The notes under the pieces are model-generated. The model saw only the letters and a list, made by a program, of their open reading frames with translations, did no database searches and had not been told where the DNA came from. The position numbers were made by a program, and so were the translations under genes. A stretch of DNA of 64,000 bases, from positions 1,664,001 through 1,728,000 of the forward strand of contig CAVWGN010000001.1 of NCBI GenBank assembly GCA_963754655.1, read 5' to 3'. The number at the start of each line of letters is the position of its first letter. Position 1 is the first letter of the stretch. Shown in pieces: positions 30,002 through 39,622 of the stretch. The DNA comes from an uncultured Chlamydiae bacterium. Its GTDB lineage: Bacteria; Chlamydiota; Chlamydiia; Chlamydiales; Parachlamydiaceae.

Positions 30002-30385
30002 ACAATCCTCCTTAAAAGGTTTATTTTAAATGCAAATAGCTTATTTTGCCTATTTGATCTAAAAAAACACATAAATAAAATAATGTCAAATAAATCTTTG
30101 GCGATATTAATGCTTAAATATTGACGTATCTACTCAACTAGTTAAATTTCGCTAAATAGAGGATAGGATAGTTACGAATATTTTTGCAGTCTGAAAACGA
30201 TTATAGGTGCAGAGTGGTTTTTGGGCAAGCTAAAGTAAGAAACGGATCAGAATAGGGTGTAAGGGTCAGAATAAGATGTAATCTGTTATTTTCAATCTCT
30301 TTTTTATTCCTGCATAACTTATCTTTCCTCTGGAAAAGCTTAACTTATTTTCTTTCCAACAAGTTCTTTTTTTTCTTCCTTAAAT

Positions 30386-30573
30386 CAGGATGTTTTTACT
30401 AAAAATATTTAACACTTACAGCTCTTCAGGCTGCATGACACAACGCACTCATACCTTGCATCAGCCTGAAGGGCTGTAAGTGCAATAGACCAGGGCAACG
30501 CCCTGGGTGTGAGTGCGTTGTGTCATGCAGCCTGAAGGGCTGTAAGTGTTAAATATTTTTAGTAAAACACCTG
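30386..30573. mobile_element. MITE carrying REP-like hairpins
   Basis: TIR CAGG.TGTTTTTACTAAAAATATTTAACACTTACAGC; flanks TCCTTAAAT/TTCTTAAAT (9-bp near-TSD); internal CCAGGGCAACGCCCTGGG. Confidence 0.8.
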
Positions 30574-30908
30574 TTCTTAAATCACCTTCGCCATCTTCTG
30601 CTACTATTTCAACTATTGGAGCCATGCAATCTAACACTCATTAAATTTGTTGTTGATTTATTAAAATGAATTTTGTAAATTATCCTAATAAAAAAAATAA
30701 AATTAAAATTTTAGGTGACTAACTATGATTAATAATCTTCAACCTTCGCAGTGGATAAATTTAGAAAACAGTGAAGGCGAAAAATTTATACTCGATTTTT
30801 CAGTTGTCTATAACATTTTACAATATAGCCAGAGGTTTTCCGGGGGACAATTAGAATCAAATCTTATTTTTTCTTCTCTACACAATGTAGAAGCAATTCA
30901 TAGAAAAT

Positions 30909-30943
30909 AAAAAGCCTCTAATTAAGTATTTAGAGGCTTTTTT
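30909..30943. terminator. Bidirectional intrinsic terminator
   Basis: AAAAAGCCTCTA...TAGAGGCTTTTTT. Confidence 0.8.
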
Positions 30944-30985
30944 ATAGATCTTTTTCAAATTCGACTAAATTAAGCCTAGCGGCTT

Positions 30986-32293
30986 CTAACTTTGCAAATT
31001 AAGCGCTATTAAATTAAGTGCTGCCGCCTCTTCGAGTTTTCCTTGCTGGCGTAAAGTGTCGGCATAACGGCTGACAGTAAAAAGATCTTGCTGTCCTTGA
31101 GGGAGAGCTAGGGCTTTTTTAAATTCAGCTGCAGCTTCCTCAAGTTTTCCTTGCCGGCGTAAAATTGCGGCATAACTGCTGAGAGTAAAAAGATCTTGCT
31201 GTCCTTTAGGTAGAGCTAAGGCTTTTTTAAATTCAGCTGCAGCTTCCTCGAGTTTTCCTTGCTGGCATAAAGTTGCGGCATAAAAGCTGGCAGTAAAAAG
31301 ATCTTGCTGTCCTAGAGGTAGAGCTAAGGCTTTTTTAAATTCAGCCACAGCTTCCCCGAATTTTCCTTGCTGGCATAAAGTTGCGGCATAACGGCTGACA
31401 GTAAAAAGATCTTGCTGTCCTTGAGGTAGAACTAAAGCTTTTTTAAATTCAGCTACAGCTTCTTCGAGTTTTCCTTGCTGGCGTAAAGTGTCGGCATAAA
31501 ACCTGACAGTAAAAAGATCTTGCTGTCCTAGAGGTAGAGCTAAGGCTTTCTTTAATTCAGCTGCAGCTTCTTCGAGTTTTCCTTGCTGGCGTAAAGTGTC
31601 GGCATAAAAGCTGACAGTAAAAACATTTTGCTGTCCTAGAGGTAGAGCTAAGGCTTTTTTAAATTCAGCTGCAGCTTCCTCGAATTTTCCTTGCCGGCAT
31701 AAAGTTGCGGCATAAAAGCTGACAGTAAAAAGATCTTGCTGTCCTAGAGGTAGAGCTAAGGCTTTTTTAAATTCAGCTACAGCTTCTTCGAGTTTTCCTT
31801 GCCGGCGTAAAATTGCGGCATAACGGCTGACAGTAAAAAGATCTTGCTGTCCTAGAGGTAGAGCTAAGGCTTTTTTAAATTCAGCCGCAGCTTCTTCCAG
31901 TTTTCCTTGCTGACGTAAAGTGTTGGCATAACGGCTGACAGCTACGAGGTCTTGCCTTCCATTAGAAAGAGCTAAGGGTTGTTGAATAGAAGAGGAAGAG
32001 GGGAGATTAAAAATTTTTATTTGTATTTGGGAGATTTTATCAAGCATCTCCTTTTGTGAGGATTCCAATTTAACAAATCGCTCTTCCATTTTCGTTTGTT
32101 GCTGCCGAATGCTTTGTAATTCTTCTAATAGAAGCTTATTGCTTGCTAATATCTCAGGTATGAATTCTTGATAAGATTTTTCTGATTGATCATGATGAAT
32201 TTTTTGTCTTTTTGTAGGGGGCTCAGAAAATTGAGAACTTTCAGAATTATTTAAATTAAATGATGGCAAATTAATAGAAAGACCAGGATGCAT
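30986..32293 (-). CDS. Paralogous TPR-like solenoid protein (8 full + 1 partial 36-aa repeats) with NLS-like motif
   Basis: Same architecture as 15634-17574; PPTKRQK; start placed at MHPG by the upstream AAGGTTTTAT shared with the paralog. Confidence 0.88.
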   Translation of the reverse strand: MHPGLSINLPSFNLNNSESSQFSEPPTKRQKIHHDQSEKSYQEFIPEILASNKLLLEELQSIRQQQTKMEERFVKLESSQKEMLDKISQIQIKIFNLPSSSSIQQPLALSNGRQDLVAVSRYANTLRQQGKLEEAAAEFKKALALPLGQQDLFTVSRYAAILRRQGKLEEAVAEFKKALALPLGQQDLFTVSFYAATLCRQGKFEEAAAEFKKALALPLGQQNVFTVSFYADTLRQQGKLEEAAAELKKALALPLGQQDLFTVRFYADTLRQQGKLEEAVAEFKKALVLPQGQQDLFTVSRYAATLCQQGKFGEAVAEFKKALALPLGQQDLFTASFYAATLCQQGKLEEAAAEFKKALALPKGQQDLFTLSSYAAILRRQGKLEEAAAEFKKALALPQGQQDLFTVSRYADTLRQQGKLEEAAALNLIALNLQS

Positions 32294-32499
32294 AATAAAA
32301 CCTTTTTTATAATTTTTTGTGATATTGTTGAATAATACTATAATAAATCCAATCATTTCTGATCTATAAATATTTAAATCATAGCAAAAAATCGTATGTG
32401 AATTAATTAATTTAAACTAAAAAATATTTTCATGATTTTTTTGTTTATCTGAAGCTATTAACTGGAGACCTGTTATTTGGTTTTTTAGCAAAAAGTTTA

Positions 32500-32780
32500 C
32501 TAGCTTTTGAATCTCTTTTCTTGCAAGGCATAATAGCACATTGTTGCCGCTGAAGTAATAGCAGCCAATATTAAAATAAGCTTAGAGGATAGCAGAAACA
32601 GCGCGCCGCCAAGTAAGCAGATGATAGCGTCGCCTAGGACGCGCAATGATAATTGTACACCCATTACTTCTCCTTGAATGGCGTCAGCTGCCGAATCGGA
32701 AATTTTCACTGTAAGAAGAGTCACTCCAAGGCCAATGGCCAATCCACTAAGAAAAAGCGGACTGACTGATATTAGCTCTG
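32500..32780 (-). pseudogene. C-terminal fragment of an MFS transporter
   Basis: ISDSAADAIQGEVMG motif; only the last TMs are present, truncated beside the dif-like site. Confidence 0.7.
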
Positions 32781-32782
32781 AC

Positions 32783-32810
32783 TATAAACATAACGTATAT
32801 TATCAGACCT
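32783..32810 (-). other. dif: dif-like XerC/XerD recombination site
   Basis: AGGTCTGATAA-TATACG-TTATGTTTATA versus E. coli dif GGTGCGCATAA-TGTATA-TTATGTTAAAT (11-6-11 layout, XerD arm 8/11 identical). Confidence 0.75.
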
Positions 32811-32889
32811 GTAGTTACATAGCCAATAGGTTTATTCGATGTGAATAAAAAATCGGATAAATATAACTTTCAAGAGTACTATCCAAGTT

Positions 32890-33090
32890 TCACTCACCTT
32901 TCAATAAATTCAATAAATCCTCCGCTTTTACTTCGCCGTTTGTCTTAATCTCAATTAATTGAGCTAAACTTTTCCCACACTTTCTTTTTCCGTTAACAAT
33001 GTCGTTTAAATGCATTCGAGAACATCCAAGCTCTTTGCTAAATTCAGTAATACTAATTTTATTTTTAACGGGATAAATTTTCAATTGCAT
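32890..33090 (-). CDS. Cro/XRE-like HTH protein
   Basis: ITEFSKELGCSRMHLNDIVNG...LA..IE..T.GEV.AEDL. Confidence 0.75.
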   Translation of the reverse strand: MQLKIYPVKNKISITEFSKELGCSRMHLNDIVNGKRKCGKSLAQLIEIKTNGEVKAEDLLNLLKGE

Positions 33091-33426
33091 ACCACCTCTC
33101 TATACACCATATAATCTATCACCTTCAGAAAAACGGTACAATAGCAACTCAGAAAACTATGCATATTTAACACCGTTGCTATACTAGCACCTGGCGAACC
33201 AACTCTGCGATTAATCAATGTTGCATTAGCTATTTGCAGGACAATATGCCATTGTGGTATCAGAACAATGGAACCGATTTAATAACCTTCTGCTTCAATC
33301 TAAAACCTGTTTTTAAATGGAGGAACATTATAGATTAATGGGAAAATATCTATATGATTTGTATATGATCGAGAAAAAGGAAGCTGAGAAGAAATAGGGA
33401 ATAAATGTGAAAATTTATAAGCAAAG

Positions 33427-33490
33427 ATGGACTTATTTAACATCCATTGAGACCGATGCCCAAATTTCCCCCTGGTATCGGTCTCCTAAT
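33427..33490 (+). repeat. ~63-bp hairpin-containing direct repeat (second copy 35457-35518)
   Basis: ATGGACTTATTTAACATC...AGACCGATGCCCAAATTTCCCCCTGGTATCGGTCTCCTAAT. Confidence 0.85.
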
Positions 33491-33840
33491 TTTTCCTCTC
33501 CCCTCTAATGAAATGCGGCCAATTGTATGAGGACCTGTAAGGTGAAGTAAAATTTGGCACAAGCGTCTATCTTTTTAATAATTTAATTATAACGATTTAT
33601 TTTAATAATTGCAAATTGGTTTATCATCATAAAATTGTGTATCGATCGTTACCATAGTTAATAGATTTAAGAAAACCTTAATGTGCTTTATAATCCGAAT
33701 TCTGAGTTGACCCCCTCCTTAAGAGGTTCTCTGAATCGTGGTTAAAAAATTTTCAGACCTATTATCACAAAAATATTGCCTTAGCAAACACATTTGCTAA
33801 AATAGCTAAAGTGACGTATAGTGTATAATCATGCGGGCAA

Positions 33841-34083
33841 TTACAGACTTTCCTTTCCCCTCTTTTCTTCCAAATCCAATTCCTCTTGTAAGTGTTTCCC
33901 AACTAATCTATAGAACTCTTCCATTTCAAAATTATATTTAGCTTGGTTTAGTTTTGTATTACCCATTTGCCATTTCAGCATTATGTTATTTCCATATAGC
34001 CCAAGAACAGCTAATAGAGCAAAGAATCCTATATATTGGTAAAAAGATCTTTGTTTCTTTTCAAATTTAGACATATATAACAA
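33841..34083 (-). CDS. Small hypothetical protein, paralog of the C-terminus of 36232-36864
   Basis: KLNQAKYNFEMEEFYR versus KLQQAKYHFEMEEHYR. Confidence 0.6.
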   Translation of the reverse strand: MLYMSKFEKKQRSFYQYIGFFALLAVLGLYGNNIMLKWQMGNTKLNQAKYNFEMEEFYRLVGKHLQEELDLEEKRGKESL

Positions 34084-34507
34084 ATCTCCCTGTTAGACTA
34101 GCCAAGGCTAGCAGCTTGTAATGGCTAGAATTTGGATTATGATATTATTCTATAGGAAAGAGCGACTTACCCACGTTATACTATACAGCAAATAATTAAG
34201 AAATAAAATTCTAAAAAGACTTTTGGGCTTAAGACCGTGGTAAACTCCTTTTATTAACCAAAAGCACAAAATTTCCCATTTATAATATAATTAGAATAAG
34301 AAGGATTGTTAATTTTTCCAATTAATTCATCAAACCTAAGTGTTAAAAAAACTGCATTTTACGGAGATCTTATATCGGGTTATTTTAAAAATTCCTAAAT
34401 TTATCCATTGATTTTTTCTAAAATCATGAAATTTATCACCATATTTTTTCTAAAAATGCTTGATTTATCCCCATGTTTTCCCTAAAATTAGCCTAAAAAG
34501 GCTGACT

Positions 34508-34641
34508 ATGCGAAGAGATCAACTAGATTTTTTAAAAAATTGGCGTAAGGATCCCATTCGCGTTCCTTTATTGATTAGAGGAGCTCGCCAAGTAGGGAAA
34601 TCATGGCTGGTCAACCTATTTGGAAAAGAATTTTCCTCTTA
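34508..34641 (+). pseudogene. N-terminal fragment of an AAA_14/DUF4143-type ATPase, cut at an IS remnant
   Basis: MRR...W.....PLLIRGARQVGKS Walker A motif. Confidence 0.8.
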
Positions 34642-35169
34642 TGAGTGCTCTCGTGTACTTGGCCTTCTGTTAAGACAAAATCGATGCAACGACCTAATCC
34701 ATCTGTTACTGCATGAATTTTTGTTGTTGTTCCGGCTCTTGATTTTCCCAGGGCTTCTTCGGCTTTTTTTTTATCCTACAAGCATCTTGATGCGCTTCAA
34801 CAATTGAGCTGTCTACAGAGTAATTTTCCTCATCAATTTCATCTTTTAAAGCTTGCCAAATCGTTTGCCAAATTCCAGCCTTTGTCCATCGATTAAAGCG
34901 ATTATAACATGTGCTCCAAGGACCATACTTGGGCGGTAGATCCCTCCAAGCGGCTCCTGTTCTTAAAACCCAAATAATGCCTTCTAAAATCTTACGATGA
35001 GGCCGGCTTGGTCTGCCCCAATATCCTCGTTCTTTTGGCAATAAAGGTTTTAATTTTATCCATCTTTCATTGGTTAATACTATCCTATTCATTCAAATTT
35101 TCTCCTTGTTTTATCAGAGAAAATTATAAATCATAACTTATTTAATTTAAATATTTTAGGTACGCTCCC
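34642..35169 (-). mobile_element. Truncated second copy of the IS5 element at 1-790 (ORF A 34706-35092)
   Basis: Near-identical to 262-790; same terminus next to CTAG; ORF B deleted. Confidence 0.9.
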
Positions 35170-35189
35170 TAGTATAAGTGAAAATCAAT

Positions 35190-35251
35190 ATCGAGAATGC
35201 AAACAGTACTTATTAGCCTTATCGAGAATGCAAACAGTACTTATTAGCCTT
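35190..35251 (+). repeat. Perfect 31-bp tandem duplication
   Basis: ATCGAGAATGCAAACAGTACTTATTAGCCTT x2. Confidence 0.9.
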
Positions 35252-35582
35252 AGATAAGTTGGTTAAGGGAATAGAAGAATATCTTCATTCTCAAACTCCT
35301 TCACACGAAGAAGAATAATTGAGATAAAGGATGCCTTTGAGATCTCTCTCTACAGCAACTTCTTATGAAGAAATGGGGGCTCGTCTTCTTTTAACGTCTG
35401 ATAATAAAAAAGCAACAACTCTTCTCGTTTTGATTTAGTGCCATCTCTTGGAAGAATGGACTTATTTAACATCATGAAGACCGATGCCCAAATTTCCCCC
35501 TGGTATCGGTCTCCTAATCGTCAATGATCCCATCACTTTAAGCTGAAATTTTAAACGTTTGAGCCATAAGACACTCCAAGTT

Positions 35583-35774
35583 TCACCCATCTTTCAATAA
35601 TTCCTCTGCTTTCACTTCGCCCTTTGTCGCTTCTTCAATATCATTGGCTAATCTTTTTCCTGGTTTTAAATGACCATTGACTATTCTAGAAAAATAACTT
35701 CTATTACATTGAATCCGCTTTGCAAAGTCCCCAATATTAATCCTATGCAAAAATAAATATTCTTTTAAATTCAT
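35583..35774 (-). CDS. Cro/XRE-like HTH protein (paralog of 32890-33090)
   Basis: MNLKEYL...FAKRI.CNRSYFSRIVNG...LA..IEEATKGEVKAEEL. Confidence 0.8.
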   Translation of the reverse strand: MNLKEYLFLHRINIGDFAKRIQCNRSYFSRIVNGHLKPGKRLANDIEEATKGEVKAEELLKDG

Positions 35775-36231
35775 GATCTCCTACCAATAACATATTATAT
35801 CTCCTATTATAAATGAATTCATGATATCCAATATTGGATTTTTTATAAAAGCGCTTATTTCTACAACATTTTACTTGTTTAAAAATATCACATTATGTTA
35901 TATTTTAACACATCAAAGCAGTCTCCCTGGAGCCTCGATAATCGAATAAACGAGCAGGTTGAGCGGCTGAAATAATGTTAAGAAACAAGATTTTTGAAAA
36001 ATAAAATAAGTATCCTTAAGATAAGGAGTGTAGCAGATGTTTCAAAGAAGTCTTCTAGCGTTTAGTACAGTGCTGATATTCCTGTTTGATTTACGAAATA
36101 AATATAAGAGATGCCCAGGTAGATTGTTTTGCCTATGCCAGCGTCAATTATCTACTTTCAGCTTTTCCATTGCATACCGAATATGATTTATTTAAAGCCC
36201 ACTATTTTATGATGATTAGTAAATAAAATAA

Positions 36232-36864
36232 ATGAAAATATACACAAGGAAAACCATGTATCCACTATTTATATCTGTATTTATCACTTTGGTTACGATT
36301 TTGTTTGATATTCGTTACAAATGCATAAAACCAACTTATCAATATTTACTGATCTTTTTTGCAATAGCGGGAATCAATTTTCTGTTCGCGTCGAAATTAC
36401 ATGCTGAAAAATTTGATCTTTTCAATAATTCCGTATCAATGCAAGTAATCATCGAGACAAAGAGAGATAGCAAACCAAACCCCCTAAAAGAGGTATATAA
36501 GTCTTATTATTATGGTTGTAAAGATAAAATGGACTATCATTGGAAGGAAGGTTGTAAATCTTTAAACGAAGCTGAAGAGGCGTCTTTTTTTCTGCCGAAT
36601 ATCAGCGAACAAGATAAAGCAGCATTTTGCTTCACGAACATCATAGCTACGCTTTCGCCAGGAGACCCCAAAGTGAAAATTGTGACGGCAGCGTTGGCAA
36701 TTTGTGCACAGTATGGCTCTATGGTGATGGTAGAATGGCAAAGAGTCGATAGCAAGCTTCAGCAAGCTAAATACCATTTCGAGATGGAAGAGCATTATAG
36801 ATTTACAGGAAAGTATATCCAAGATCTGCTTAATCTAATGCATAAGCAAGATAAAGATAATTAA
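36232..36864 (+). CDS. Hypothetical membrane/secreted protein
   Basis: 210-aa ORF with N-terminal TMs. Confidence 0.6.
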   Translation: MKIYTRKTMYPLFISVFITLVTILFDIRYKCIKPTYQYLLIFFAIAGINFLFASKLHAEKFDLFNNSVSMQVIIETKRDSKPNPLKEVYKSYYYGCKDKMDYHWKEGCKSLNEAEEASFFLPNISEQDKAAFCFTNIIATLSPGDPKVKIVTAALAICAQYGSMVMVEWQRVDSKLQQAKYHFEMEEHYRFTGKYIQDLLNLMHKQDKDN

Positions 36865-37150
36865 AAGAACTGAACTCATCTCTATTTAGCCTCTCTTTTA
36901 TTTTTCTGTTCACTATGTTCAACAAAATTATCTTATCGTATACGATAGAGATATATGGAATACGAAAATCAAGATCAACGCAACTAAACTTTAAGGCATT
37001 GGCGGAAGGTTTCCGCCATAAGCAAAAGGTATAGTGAACCCAAAGTCAAGACAACTTTTTCAGTAAAATAAGTTACATCCTGATTTTCCTTATAATGAGA
37101 TGAAGGACTTTTTTTATCTGTTGCGATTCTTTCCTTTTAAATAGACCGTT

Positions 37151-38359
37151 CTATAACTTATGGACAAATATACCATTCATTACTTCTTGCTTCATCGATA
37201 CATTGCTAATAGACTTTTGGCCTATCCCACAAGAGGAATCTCCACAAGCGTAAATTCCCGTGGAACTCACGGTACTCAATTTTAATAAATTTTTGGCTGC
37301 ATTAATGTCTCTATCGTGTTGTGTACTGCAACGTTGACAGACCCATTCCCTGATGTTCAGCGGCATTTGGATGGCTTTATGCTGACAATGAGAACAGATT
37401 TTTGAAGAAGAATAATACCTTGGCGCTCTTATTAGCTTCGAGCCATACCATTCTGTCTTATAGGCAAGCATGCGTATAAATCCGCTCCATCCTGCATCGG
37501 CGATCCCTCTACTCAACCTATTCTTTTGCTGCAAAGTTTGTACATCCAAATCTTCAACAACAATAATTGACTTGGTTTTCGCCAATATTGTTGATAATTT
37601 ATGATGGAAATCAGTGCGTTGATTGCCGATTTTTCGATGCTGTCTGGCTAACAAAAGAGATGATTTCTTATAATTACTAGAACCTTTTTGTTTGCGACTT
37701 TGTTTTTTATTTAACACTCTTATCTTTTTAAGCGATTTATTTAAAGGCTTTGGTGAAATAGTTTTTTCACCTTCTGAAGTTGTAACAAAAGAGGTTAGCC
37801 CGACATCAATGCCAATCGCTGGTCCTTCAACTGGCTGGGAATTTTCTATTTCACACTCTACCGTTACACTAACATACCACCGATCTGCTTGACGAGAAAC
37901 TGTAGCTGAAAGAATTCTTCCTCGTACTTCTGCACACTCTTTAAGTCGAATGATACCCAAACGAGGTAATTGAATGGATTGCTTATTAACTTTAATGGTT
38001 CCCGTTAATCGGAAATGATCGTTGATCCCCTTTCTCTTAAATTTTGGGAATCCTCCTTTCTTACCACTCTTCTGGCGATGGAAAAAATTCTGAAAAGCTC
38101 GATCAAGATCTCTCAAAGCCTCTTGGGGCGCACATTTTGACACCTCATACATCCAAGAAAATTGTGACCCCTTCAAACTATTGAGTAATCGGTGCTGTTC
38201 AATAGCGTTAGTAGATATTCCATCTTTTTCATATTTTTCAATTCTTGCAGCAAGCCCCCAGTTATAAGCAAACCGAGCAGATCCTGCATGCTTGGCTAAG
38301 AGGATGCGCTGAGCGATATTCGGCTTTAATTCATATCGGTAAGCTCTTTTAATTAGCAT
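37151..38359 (-). CDS. tnpB: RNA-guided endonuclease TnpB
   Basis: AYRYELKP, GIDVG (RuvC-I), VEDL (RuvC-II), CSHC...CQRC zinc finger, DRDINAA (RuvC-III). Confidence 0.93.
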   Translation of the reverse strand: MLIKRAYRYELKPNIAQRILLAKHAGSARFAYNWGLAARIEKYEKDGISTNAIEQHRLLNSLKGSQFSWMYEVSKCAPQEALRDLDRAFQNFFHRQKSGKKGGFPKFKRKGINDHFRLTGTIKVNKQSIQLPRLGIIRLKECAEVRGRILSATVSRQADRWYVSVTVECEIENSQPVEGPAIGIDVGLTSFVTTSEGEKTISPKPLNKSLKKIRVLNKKQSRKQKGSSNYKKSSLLLARQHRKIGNQRTDFHHKLSTILAKTKSIIVVEDLDVQTLQQKNRLSRGIADAGWSGFIRMLAYKTEWYGSKLIRAPRYYSSSKICSHCQHKAIQMPLNIREWVCQRCSTQHDRDINAAKNLLKLSTVSSTGIYACGDSSCGIGQKSISNVSMKQEVMNGIFVHKL

Positions 38360-38915
38360 TTTGCATGGTTTCCAATGCTTTTTTAGCTTTGTTCTTTGCC
38401 GATCTTCGTCCGTATAGTCTAGCACAAAAAGAAGTTAACACTTCTATCATATCTTGAACTAAATCATCCTTTAACTCAGAACCATCTGCAACTATTAATT
38501 TTCTTCCTTGTGCAGCTAATGCTGACTCCACATATTCAGCACCAAATCTCATCAATCGATCTCGATGTTCGACTAAAATAATCCAGATCTTTGGATTGTT
38601 CAATAATTTTATTAATTTAGGACGATGGCCATTGAGGCCAGAGCCTATTTCTGTTACTGTGTGAGCCACAAGATAGCCTTTTTGATTGGCAAAAGTGACT
38701 AGCCGGCTTACTTGCCCGTTAAGATCATTTTTTTGATCGGCTGAGGACACACGTGCATAGATAGCAACAGCATTTGGCTCAAGCATTTCCTCTTTGATTA
38801 GAATTGTTCCTGTTTTTGTTTGCTCGGCAGGAACAGGGAGTTGTCCTGCTTTGAACCAGCGCCAAGCAGTCCTATAGCTTATGCCTTGTTTTTTTGCCCA
38901 TTTACTTAGTTTCAT
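38349..38915 (-). CDS. tnpA: IS607 serine recombinase TnpA
   Basis: N-terminal HTH, YARVSS, EHRDRLMRFG, SFCARLYGRRS. Confidence 0.93.
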   Translation of the reverse strand: MKLSKWAKKQGISYRTAWRWFKAGQLPVPAEQTKTGTILIKEEMLEPNAVAIYARVSSADQKNDLNGQVSRLVTFANQKGYLVAHTVTEIGSGLNGHRPKLIKLLNNPKIWIILVEHRDRLMRFGAEYVESALAAQGRKLIVADGSELKDDLVQDMIEVLTSFCARLYGRRSAKNKAKKALETMQNAN

Positions 38916-39109
38916 GCTAATGAAATATCAAATTCGAACGTATATGTCTATAAATTTGTCAACAGTTCGCAGCCCTAAGCTGGGATGAGAAAACAAAAAA
39001 AATATTTAATAACTAATTATTAGAACGCTTTTCCTTCTATTTTAAATTCAACTTGCTTTTAAAAAAGATACTTATAACTGATGGCTCAAAATGGATTCAA
39101 AAAGAAATC

Positions 39110-39500
39110 AATAGGATGCGATATCGAAATGCTATTACTGAGACGGCCGCACGTATTGTACGCGATTGTATGGATAAAAAAGCAGCTATTGCTTTTATCA
39201 GGAAATATGCACGGCTTTCTATCCCTTTAGAAGATCAATCACATTTCGTTGAGGCTGTTAAAGGGATATCATGAGCTTACACGTGGGCCGGGACTTAACA
39301 AAGAACTGTTTTGGGCTTGATGTTTTTCGCGTCATTTTCTGGAAATATGCCTCTAAAGTCTGTTACAGGCGTGGTGTTGTTAAATTGATGCGACGAATAT
39401 CAAGTCCAAAAATAGCTCTTTGTTAAGTCCGCACGTGGGCAATATTGCTCGACATCGTATCCGCAATGTCGAGTATGAGACATGGCACAAAATTTGGTAT
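39110..39500 (+). pseudogene. Fic-family C-terminal fragment interrupted by a MITE
   Basis: ...FVEAV...SLHVG | HVGNIARHRIR..EYETW rejoins once the MITE is removed. Confidence 0.55.
39289..39431. mobile_element. 143-bp MITE with 9-bp TSD
   Basis: TSD CACGTGGGC at 39280-39288 and 39432-39440; imperfect TIR GGACTTAACAAAGA.CT.TTTTGG.CTTGAT. Confidence 0.88.
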
Positions 39501-39622
39501 TTGACATTTCGCGATTTTAGTCCAAAACACCATTCTTTAGTTCTAAGAAATTCGATGTTGCAAAAAGCTACCAGTGATGCAAAGATAGAATTTTTAAAGG
39601 CACACAACTTTTGGAGGTACAC

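Larger units (their letters stand above)
37146..38974 (-). mobile_element. IS607-family element (tnpA + tnpB)
   Basis: Serine recombinase overlapping tnpB; right end ...TTATAGAACGG defined by the shared boundary with the remnant at 44560; left end approximate. Confidence 0.88.

Noticed and set aside
34460..34807. 115-aa ORF as a real gene
   Set aside because: It is a chimera of an ATPase N-terminus and antisense IS sequence.
35876..35903. TTATGTTATAT as another dif site
   Set aside because: It has a XerD-like arm only, with no plausible XerC arm; more likely AT-rich promoter sequence.
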